Positions 19,486-27,597 of a stretch of 64,000 bases of DNA are shown piece after piece. The stretch spans positions 128,001-192,000 of the forward strand of contig CAXXQS010000002.1 in NCBI GenBank assembly GCA_963674735.2, in the 5' to 3' direction. A program made the position numbers and the translations under genes. This stretch comes from Myxococcota bacterium (GTDB lineage: Bacteria > Myxococcota_A > SURF-8). Position 1 is the stretch's first letter; the number at the start of each line of letters is the position of its first letter. The notes under the pieces were generated by a model. It made no database searches and was not told where the DNA came from. It saw nothing but the letters and a program-made list of their open reading frames with translations.

Positions 19486-19830
19486 ATACCCCAACAACCC
19501 AGAACTTCTCCGCACTAAGCTGAAAAAATGCTGGAAAATGCTGATTGCGGCATTTTTCCTTTTCCCGACTTGATTTCATGGTCCCAATTCCGGTTGTCAT
19601 CTTCGTTTCCTCCATCCAACGGCGAATTCTTCTCGCCGATACCCCAACAACCCAGAACTTCTCCGCACTAAGCTGAAAAAATGCTGGAAAATGCTGAATG
19701 TGGTGTTTTTCTTTCAGTCGGGTTGATTTCATGGCCCCAATCCCATTTGTCATCATCGTTTTCCTCCATCAAACGGCGAATTCTCCTCGCCATACCCCAA
19801 CAACCCAGATTCCAATGGACCTAAGCCTAA
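19486..19830 (-). repeat. 153-bp tandem repeat (about 2.3 copies); each unit holds the element motif (19492-19520, 19645-19673, 19798-19826)
   Basis: ataccccaacaacccaga recurs at 19486, 19639 and 19792. Confidence 0.92.
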
Positions 19831-19981
19831 AAAGCTGAATGAGGCTGCTTTTTTGGGTCGAAAATAGGCGAGGATTTACTAGTCGTGTGTTATTAGGTAC
19901 TTATAGGGTACTAATGATAGAGGTGTGGATCTAGTGGCCATGCATTGATAAAGTTCTTCGGAATGGGGCTGGAGCCGGAAA

Positions 19982-20881
19982 ATGGAGATAACCATCGATT
20001 CTACCAATGGATCCCGTGCAAACCTGCACTATGGGATGGATGCCCGGACAGCCTTGGATTCACTTGGCAGGACGAGGGTGAACTGCGTCGTAACTTCTCC
20101 TCCCTATTGGTTGCACCGGCAGTATGGGGCCGACCCACAGGAATGGGAGGATGGTTGGACTGGCGAGTTGGGCTTGGAACCCGACCCGGATCAATACGCT
20201 GCCCACATTGCCGAAGTGTTTCGTTCCGTTCGGCGGGTGTTACGAACGGACGGGGTCGCATGGATGGCTCTTTCGGACACCTTTATGTCAAACGAAACCG
20301 GATCACCATCTAAAATTAAAACCGGCATTCAGGGAAAACGCCTCTCTATTAATGATAGCTATCAAAAATCCACGGCCACCCACATTCGCCCGGCACCAAC
20401 TGATGTGGGCCTGCGATTTAAAAGCCTCGCCGGAATACCATGGCGGGTGGCGTTTGCGTTGCAGCGGGATGGATGGATTGTCCGTAATGAAATGATATGG
20501 CACAAGCCCGATTCCATGCCCAGTCGAGCCGCCGACCGATTGTTAGTCGCCCATGAAACGGTGTTTCTTATTTCGCGTTCGAGGAAGTATTACTTTAATA
20601 GGGACGCCGCCGCGAAGGAAGGTTTCCCCATCGAATTATCCAGGGACGTGTGGACGTTTAATTCTGGCCGGTCAAAAGGGCGTCATCATGCCGTTATGCC
20701 AACCAACATCGCTGAGGCAATGATTTCAATGGGATGCCCGAAAGGTGGAACAGTCCTTGACCCGTTCGCGGGGAGCGCAACCACGGGCGAGGCCACCATG
20801 CGACAGCATAGGAATTTCATCGGCATTGATTTGAATGAGGATTACCTGACGGAAGCCCGACAGCGGCTGGAACAGCTATGA
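19982..20881 (+). CDS. Beta-class DNA methyltransferase (N4-C/N6-A)
   Basis: TSPPY before DPFAGSATT; IWHKP, HETVF. Confidence 0.92.
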   Translation: MEITIDSTNGSRANLHYGMDARTALDSLGRTRVNCVVTSPPYWLHRQYGADPQEWEDGWTGELGLEPDPDQYAAHIAEVFRSVRRVLRTDGVAWMALSDTFMSNETGSPSKIKTGIQGKRLSINDSYQKSTATHIRPAPTDVGLRFKSLAGIPWRVAFALQRDGWIVRNEMIWHKPDSMPSRAADRLLVAHETVFLISRSRKYYFNRDAAAKEGFPIELSRDVWTFNSGRSKGRHHAVMPTNIAEAMISMGCPKGGTVLDPFAGSATTGEATMRQHRNFIGIDLNEDYLTEARQRLEQL

Positions 20882-22801
20882 TCTTCTTTTAGGTTTCCTG
20901 CCCCCGCTCCTAGGCTCTTTGTGCCAACCTTTAATACGCTTCTCTGCATCTTTAAGGTAGTTGGCGTTGAGGTCGAATCCGATGTAATTCCTACGCAACT
21001 CCAAAGCGCCCCGTCCGGTCGTACCGGAACCACTGAATGGGTCCAGAACAACAGAACGACCGGAGCCATTGTTGTCCGGGCATTCACAATTAGGAGTCCA
21101 GCCTTTCATTAGCGGTGGATTTTCCTTCAGCCATTGGTCAAATTCATTACTTGAAACCCCGGTCAATCGGATCGCTTGTTCATGTAACAAACCGCCGGAA
21201 CGGAAATCCACATTCAGACCTTCACCGGCCCTTGGACGAGTGCCCTTACGTTCCACGACCCGTTTCCAAGGAGTACCGCAATGAGGGCATACCCCAAAAT
21301 CCGATGTGCTGGCCTTGATGGCCAGTTCCGGAAGTTCGGGCGGAAATACGGCAAAATGGTTGCCGGACTTGGCCCTGGTATTGATGGTCCATACCGACCG
21401 ACGATACCGTCCTACCAAAGCAGCCTTCCCGTTTCGAGAAAGCGCTTTCCTGGTTTTGTCGGAGTCAACCCATGGCTCGAGAATGGCGTACTGGTCGTAA
21501 TAGTAACCGGGTGCTTTACTCAGCAGGAACACATACTCATGGGAATGCGTCGGCCTGTCTAAAATGGATTCGGGCTGGATATTGTTCCGGTGCCACACGA
21601 CATCCGAACGGAGGTACCATCCATCAGCTTGCAATGCCAAAGCGACCCGCCATGGCATACCCATAAGATTGTATTCACGAAGGTTTTCCATACTGGCAGA
21701 GTATTCGCCAATTTCCTTTCGGCTGCGGACTATGGTCGTCGAATAGCAGTCGCCGAGGTTCAACCACACGGTGCCGTCATCACGAAGGACACGGCGGATT
21801 TCCCGAAACACATCGACAAGATGCTGAACGTATATGTCAGGACTGTATTCCTGGCCTAGATGCCCACTCCAGGCACCGCACAACCGGCACGTGGCGTTGT
21901 TTTCCTGTCGGCGGGCATTCTCGGGAGCGCCTTGTTTGTTTGTCTCGAGATATTCCCAATCATGGGGACAATCCGGATTCCCACCCCATATGACTGGCTC
22001 CGTACCAAAATCCCGTAATCCCCAATAGGGTGGCGACGTACACACGACATGAACGGATTTATCGGACAGTTCTTTCAGTGAATCCATCACGTGCTGACCG
22101 TACACGAGCTTGTAGGCAGGGTGTTCCACCCGTCGTGGTTTGTTCTTTCGGATTTTCAGTTCCGAGGTGGCCAGTCTCTTTCGATATGCCTGTAGGGCCT
22201 GATCAGCACGCATTTCCTCCTTGATGACCATGTCCAGGATTTCGGTCCGTTGCCCGTCCGGCAGACGGGATAGCTTAACAGCCTCTGGCATACTACGAAT
22301 TTGTCCGGCGGCCATAGCGTCGAACACATCCGGGGCTTTCCGTCTAACCTTGACTGCCAACCGGACGTTTTCGGCGGCGACACCGACACGTGATCCCGCC
22401 ACTTCCACAGCTTTGCCACCTTCGGCCAAATTTAGCCTAACCCCCGCTTTCCGCCTTTCGGCCGCCTTAACCTTTTCATGATCGAACAATTGAGCAGCGA
22501 CAGTGGCCCGCACAACCGTTGTCAGGTGGCGTCGGGTGACATTGAGGGAAATGACCAAGGCAAGAGCTTCGTCATCTGTGCCGTTAAATTCGCTGAAGTC
22601 CCTGGCATCCAGTTCAACACCGGCAATTTCACACGCCCTGTAACGGTTCCGACCGTCCAGTATTTTTTCCTGGTACAAGACGATTGGATGGTGGAGTCCA
22701 TTTTCACGGATGTCGTCGGCAAGGCGTTGTAGGTCTTCACCTTCAAGTAAAGGGAAGAGATTGGCGAAGGGGTGGGAAAGATGTTTGGTTGAAGTCAACA
22801 T
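20876..22801 (-). CDS. ParB-like N-terminal domain fused to a beta-class DNA methyltransferase
   Basis: HPFANLFP...LADDIRENG...ILDGRNRYRAC; TSPPYWGLRD; DPFSGSGTT; CxxC insertions. Confidence 0.9.
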   Translation of the reverse strand: MLTSTKHLSHPFANLFPLLEGEDLQRLADDIRENGLHHPIVLYQEKILDGRNRYRACEIAGVELDARDFSEFNGTDDEALALVISLNVTRRHLTTVVRATVAAQLFDHEKVKAAERRKAGVRLNLAEGGKAVEVAGSRVGVAAENVRLAVKVRRKAPDVFDAMAAGQIRSMPEAVKLSRLPDGQRTEILDMVIKEEMRADQALQAYRKRLATSELKIRKNKPRRVEHPAYKLVYGQHVMDSLKELSDKSVHVVCTSPPYWGLRDFGTEPVIWGGNPDCPHDWEYLETNKQGAPENARRQENNATCRLCGAWSGHLGQEYSPDIYVQHLVDVFREIRRVLRDDGTVWLNLGDCYSTTIVRSRKEIGEYSASMENLREYNLMGMPWRVALALQADGWYLRSDVVWHRNNIQPESILDRPTHSHEYVFLLSKAPGYYYDQYAILEPWVDSDKTRKALSRNGKAALVGRYRRSVWTINTRAKSGNHFAVFPPELPELAIKASTSDFGVCPHCGTPWKRVVERKGTRPRAGEGLNVDFRSGGLLHEQAIRLTGVSSNEFDQWLKENPPLMKGWTPNCECPDNNGSGRSVVLDPFSGSGTTGRGALELRRNYIGFDLNANYLKDAEKRIKGWHKEPRSGGRKPKRRS

Positions 22802-22815
22802 TTACAGTCTTGCTC

Positions 22816-23583
22816 TTAAAATGGAATATCATTGTCATCCGGCTCTTGATATTCACTGGTAAGTTGAAACTTATCTTGGTTCTGGAGAAGCCACATCGAT
22901 CCAGTATCAGTAAGACAAAGGGCATAATATTCGTTTCCGTTGTAATCAGCGGATTCTTTCTGTTCGATGAATCCTTTCATTAGGAGTGATTTTGCAGCAA
23001 GCTGTCCAGCAATACGGGTGAAGCCTGACCGTTCCATATACTCGATAAATTGGTATTGTGGGACACCTTCAGGATTAAGAAGACTTTCACCCAAATTTAT
23101 CAAGGCAGACGATTCGTGCGGAGTAAGCCCCTCTGTTACTACTGCTGGTGGCAAATTAGAAAGTTTGGCTGATTTTGTTTTTCTTTCTAACAAGGCCTTC
23201 AATCTTTGGACAATACTGTCATTCAAAGCATTAAAATCACTAGATGAATCGGACTCATATGTGATGATGTTTTTATGACGAACATCAAAAGGAAATGAAT
23301 TGGAGCATTCCGTAGAACGAACAAGGCATACTCCTTTACCCTTGGCGTAGGCATAGCCAAGTTCATACCAAACATTTGGGTTGTCTTCGCTTATTTCAGC
23401 AAAACACACGTCCGATTCAGAAATATTCTTTTCAATTGTTTCTATCGGAATGTCAGCTGTTGGGTCTTGATCGACCCGATAAGCCTCCAGTCCAGCACTT
23501 TCGATTGCAGGTTTGAAGATGTCGTTATATCGTTTGTCATATTTTGCACCGTCGAACGGTTGGATAACAAAACATTTCGGCAT
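22816..23583 (-). CDS. Nucleoside 2-deoxyribosyltransferase/TIR-like domain protein with C-terminal wHTH-like region
   Basis: CFVIQPF, YRVD, SDVCFAEISEDNPNVWYELGYAYA, PFDV; AT-rich. Confidence 0.8.
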   Translation of the reverse strand: MPKCFVIQPFDGAKYDKRYNDIFKPAIESAGLEAYRVDQDPTADIPIETIEKNISESDVCFAEISEDNPNVWYELGYAYAKGKGVCLVRSTECSNSFPFDVRHKNIITYESDSSSDFNALNDSIVQRLKALLERKTKSAKLSNLPPAVVTEGLTPHESSALINLGESLLNPEGVPQYQFIEYMERSGFTRIAGQLAAKSLLMKGFIEQKESADYNGNEYYALCLTDTGSMWLLQNQDKFQLTSEYQEPDDNDIPF

Positions 23584-23608
23584 AGTGGTTCCTTTCTGTT
23601 TTTACCCC

Positions 23609-25111
23609 TTACACCCTCTCCTCCAAATCCCCGAGAATCCCCTCGATCTGCTCCAGGGCGGCATTCAGGTCGTCGGCAATCTCCTGGGCCAGGATGTTCG
23701 GGTCGGGGAGGTTGGCCGAGTCTTCCAGGCTCTCATCCCGAAGCCAGAAGATGTCGAGGGACACCTTGTCCCGTGCCAGCAGTTCCTCGTAGGTGTAGGA
23801 CCGCCACCGGCCTTCGGGGTTCGTTTCCGACCAGGTGGCCTTTCGGGTGTTCCGGTTGTCCGGCTTGTAGAGGTCCACGAATTCGGCAAGGTCGGACCGG
23901 ACCAGCCGTCGGGTCTTCAACGTGAAATGTTTGTTCGTTCGGAAGTCGTACACCCACAGCTTCTTCGTCCAGGCCGTTTTCGATCCGGGCTTCCGGTCGA
24001 AGAAGAGGACGTTGGCCTTGACCCCCTGGGCATAGAAAATGCCGGTGGGCAGCCTCAGCAGGGTGTGAACATCACACTCCTGAAGGAGTTTCCGTCTGAC
24101 CGTCTCTCCGGCCCCGCCCTCGAACAGAACGTTATCCGGCACGACGACGGCCGCCCGTCCGTGAATCTCCAGCAGGGACTTAACGTGCTGGACGAAATTG
24201 AGCTGTTTATTGCTGGTGGTCGTCCAGAAGTCGGGCCGGTTGTAGGAGATGGTTTCGGTGCTGGATTTGCCGTCGTCGGCAATGACGGTGATGCTGCTTT
24301 TCTTGCCGAAGGGCGGGTTCGTGATGACGACCTCGTAATGATCCGACGGTTCGTCACGTAGGCTGTCTTCACCACCCTTCAAGGTCGGTTCGTATTCCCC
24401 GTTTATGGGGCCAATGCCGTGGAGGATGTAGTTCATGGCACAGAGCCGGGCCACCCCGTCCACCAGTTCCACTCCGTGCAGGGCTTCATAGGCCAGGTGC
24501 TTCTTCTGGTCCCGGTCGAGCTGGTAGGTTCCGGCCAGATAGTCATGGGCAGCCAGCAGGAAGCCTCCCGTCCCACAGGCCGGGTCGATGATTCGTTCAC
24601 CGGGGGTCGGTTTAACACAGTCCACAATGGCCTGAATCAATGGACGGGGTGTAAAATACTGCCCGGCACCACCCTTCACGTCCTGGGCGTTCCGTTCAAG
24701 AAGTCCCTCGTAGGCATCCCCTTTCACATCGGCATCCATCGAGAGCCACTGCTCTTTGCCGATCAACTCCACCACCAACTGCCGCAGCTTGGCCGGATCC
24801 TGGATTTTGTTCTGGGCCTTACGGAACACCAGCCCCAGCATCCCTTTCTGTTTGCCGAGTTCGGACAGGAGCTTCCGGTAGAAGGCTTCCAGCTTGGTGC
24901 CTTCCATCTGGGGGTTGGCCAGGTCTTCCCACCGGTAGCCTTCAGGGATGGGCTGGTCTTTGCCGGTCAGCCTGGCCCGTTCATCGGCCATCTTGAGGAA
25001 CAGGAGGAAGGTCAACTGTTCGAGGTAGTCCTGATAGGAAAGGCCATCGTCTCGTAGGACGTTGCAGTAGGACCATAGTTTCTGGACGATTCGGGCTGAA
25101 TTATCGGTCAT
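23609..25111 (-). CDS. hsdM: Type I R-M methyltransferase
   Basis: GQYFTPR, DPACGTGGFL, NPPFG, LRLPTGIFY. Confidence 0.96.
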   Translation of the reverse strand: MTDNSARIVQKLWSYCNVLRDDGLSYQDYLEQLTFLLFLKMADERARLTGKDQPIPEGYRWEDLANPQMEGTKLEAFYRKLLSELGKQKGMLGLVFRKAQNKIQDPAKLRQLVVELIGKEQWLSMDADVKGDAYEGLLERNAQDVKGGAGQYFTPRPLIQAIVDCVKPTPGERIIDPACGTGGFLLAAHDYLAGTYQLDRDQKKHLAYEALHGVELVDGVARLCAMNYILHGIGPINGEYEPTLKGGEDSLRDEPSDHYEVVITNPPFGKKSSITVIADDGKSSTETISYNRPDFWTTTSNKQLNFVQHVKSLLEIHGRAAVVVPDNVLFEGGAGETVRRKLLQECDVHTLLRLPTGIFYAQGVKANVLFFDRKPGSKTAWTKKLWVYDFRTNKHFTLKTRRLVRSDLAEFVDLYKPDNRNTRKATWSETNPEGRWRSYTYEELLARDKVSLDIFWLRDESLEDSANLPDPNILAQEIADDLNAALEQIEGILGDLEERV

Positions 25112-25144
25112 GTGATTTTCTGCTTTCAAGAAGAATTACAAAGA

Positions 25145-26098
25145 TCATCTGAGAGGATCCTCAACATTTGTACATGGACGTTCTCCTGACCCAATGTTGT
25201 GTACAACACACCGCATAGCGATATTATTTTCGATACTGTTATAGGTTTGCTTGAAGCCTTTCGGAAATTTAGTGTCCGGCGAATATATAATATTCTCAAA
25301 TTCAACAGACTTAAATACTGCATCTGTGAAGTTGGCACTTGAGATATTTACATCAATAAATTCGCACTCCCGGAATTGGGCACGCGTAAAATCTGCATGA
25401 CCAAAATGACCACCTTGAAATGTTGTTCTAACAATTTTAGCATTTTTATAACTTGATCCCACCGCCGAAGCTTCAATGAACTCCATGTCGGATATTTTAG
25501 CCTGATCAAAGATCGCATCGGATATCCAGCAATTTTCAAGAACTGATTTCTTCCTGCCTGAAAAAGGATGGGAAAATTGTGCACCAGCCATATCTGTTTT
25601 ATAAAATCGTCCGTGCCTAAGCGTAAGGACATCAAAAGTTGCATTTCGAAGATTTGCATTTGAAAAATCTATCGGGATTTCTGTCACAACAACTCCCAGG
25701 TTTGCTCCTTCTAAATTGATACGTGACATGTCAATTATTCTTGATTCTGTCCTGCTCAGACCTTTTTCTGTAGCATTTATTTCTTCCATTTTTATAAAAG
25801 ACTTTACGGCCAATTCGCGGATTCGAATATTGGCCTCTGGCTCACAATTTTGTATTTTGATTTTGTCGCTACAGTCACCCATATTGTATAGTTGAGACAA
25901 GATACGATTGTACGTATCTGTGTTCATGTAGTCTGCTTGCATATTTACCTGTGTCGCTTGCAATTCAACTTCTTTGTAAAATGCCTGCAATTGGTTTGAA
26001 ACAATCCTGTTCTGCCAAAGGAGTAATCCAGCTGCAATACTGGCAATAACGACAGTTAATGAAGCAAAAACAATCTGCCATTTCTCAAAATTCGTCAT
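25145..26098 (-). CDS. Membrane-anchored pentapeptide-repeat protein
   Basis: N-terminal TM helix; ANLRN/ATFDV/ADFTR/AQFRE/ANFTD repeats; AT-rich; ATGA overlap with hsdS. Confidence 0.85.
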   Translation of the reverse strand: MTNFEKWQIVFASLTVVIASIAAGLLLWQNRIVSNQLQAFYKEVELQATQVNMQADYMNTDTYNRILSQLYNMGDCSDKIKIQNCEPEANIRIRELAVKSFIKMEEINATEKGLSRTESRIIDMSRINLEGANLGVVVTEIPIDFSNANLRNATFDVLTLRHGRFYKTDMAGAQFSHPFSGRKKSVLENCWISDAIFDQAKISDMEFIEASAVGSSYKNAKIVRTTFQGGHFGHADFTRAQFRECEFIDVNISSANFTDAVFKSVEFENIIYSPDTKFPKGFKQTYNSIENNIAMRCVVHNIGSGERPCTNVEDPLR

Positions 26099-27597
26099 CC
26101 CTTCCTCCCCCGTTTCCCAGTTTTCTTCCCCGGCTTCATCCCCTCCCGTTCCTGCCGTATTCTCTCCAGCAGCTCCGATGCCGGTTCGTCGTTCGGGTCC
26201 TGGTCGGCCAGCTTGCCTTCAAAGGCCCATTTCAGGATGGCCTGCCGGAGACGGGTGGTTCGTTGGAGGTTGGTTTCGATTGCCAAGTCAACGTCATCAT
26301 TGACCGATAATAGTCTTTCTGTCTCAGATACGATTCGATCTTGTTCTGTAAGGGGAGGAAGTGGAATAGGAGTGTCACCAACATCTTTCTGATTTATACT
26401 GGCTTGGTTAACTGCCCATTTTGCATTTTCAACTAAACGAGCTTTTCCGTCTAGTGATGTTAGGTATGCTTGCACATATTCAGGGCTCACAGTATTAGAA
26501 AGAGTCAACCTCATCATATTGCTTTCAAATACAGAGGGTAGATTTCTTCCTTTTATTACAACACTCTTCCCTAAGTGGCTTGGGCTGTTTACTCTATTCA
26601 CAACAAGGTCACCGATTTCGAGTCCGTACTTAGAAGCCTCATTTTCATCGATGTTGATTTTTTGCAACTCGACCGAAGGTCTGGACCAATCGTTTTGATA
26701 GTCATCGATACGTAAGATTGGGATTCCTTGACCATATTTCGATTTTGGCACGTACACCCCGTTTTGGGGTCCAAATACAATCAACTGCTCCACCGTAGCC
26801 CAGCACCAGCCCTCCGGCAGTTCCGGCAGGCCGTCGGTGTCGGGAGCGGCGGGGGCTTTGTACTTGCCCCTGCCTCCGGCCTCCTCCCACTTCTTCCGTC
26901 GTTCTTTGAGGATTCGTTCCAGCAGCACGGAAGCCGGTTCGTAGTCCCGTCCTTCAGCCTTGGCCAGCTCGGCTTCGGTGGGCACCAGCTGACCCTCGAC
27001 GGCGGATTTCAGCACACTGGCCCGGTAGCGTTTCAGGTTGGCCTTCACCCGTTCCAGGGCTTCCACGGCCTTGTCCAGCCGGGAGAAGTAGTTCTCGATG
27101 GCCTCCACGATCCGGTGCTGTTCGGGGAGGGGAAAAAGAGGTATTTCCATTTCTTCAAGGTGTTGCCGTTTCAGGTTGTTGATGTTAACACCTGCAGCAA
27201 GTTCTGAAACCCGGTTTCGGTATTCCCCTGTTTGAAGAAAAAATCCAATGTATTTCGGATCAGTGTGTTCAGCTAAGGGCCGAATAGCATAGCAGAATGC
27301 CCCGAATGAGCCTTTCCATTCGTGATGTAGTTGAGCAGTTTTTCCAACAACTGCCCTACTACCGCTAGATGCTGCAATAACAATATCTCCCTGTTTCAGA
27401 TACTGTATCTTCGATACAGCTTTCTCAGGAACGTATACAAGATTATCGAAATCAAGGTGCTGATTGATGTTCGTTGCACGAAGAATCGGGACGTATCCTT
27501 TTTCTGGTTGATCAGTTGAATCTTGTTTTTTATAAGTAACCCCTCTTAGGAGATTGGAAATTTCTTTCAGTTGTGCAGGTATTCTTTGGGTATTCAT
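26095..27597 (-). CDS. hsdS: Type I R-M specificity subunit
   Basis: Two TRDs with PLPEQHRIV and PLPPLTEQDRIV conserved regions, LPEGW, EPASELLERI. Confidence 0.95.
   Translation of the reverse strand: MNTQRIPAQLKEISNLLRGVTYKKQDSTDQPEKGYVPILRATNINQHLDFDNLVYVPEKAVSKIQYLKQGDIVIAASSGSRAVVGKTAQLHHEWKGSFGAFCYAIRPLAEHTDPKYIGFFLQTGEYRNRVSELAAGVNINNLKRQHLEEMEIPLFPLPEQHRIVEAIENYFSRLDKAVEALERVKANLKRYRASVLKSAVEGQLVPTEAELAKAEGRDYEPASVLLERILKERRKKWEEAGGRGKYKAPAAPDTDGLPELPEGWCWATVEQLIVFGPQNGVYVPKSKYGQGIPILRIDDYQNDWSRPSVELQKINIDENEASKYGLEIGDLVVNRVNSPSHLGKSVVIKGRNLPSVFESNMMRLTLSNTVSPEYVQAYLTSLDGKARLVENAKWAVNQASINQKDVGDTPIPLPPLTEQDRIVSETERLLSVNDDVDLAIETNLQRTTRLRQAILKWAFEGKLADQDPNDEPASELLERIRQEREGMKPGKKTGKRGRKG

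Noticed and set aside
19486-19830. CRISPR array
   Set aside because: 153-bp period and the intervening sequences are homologous to each other; no unique spacers
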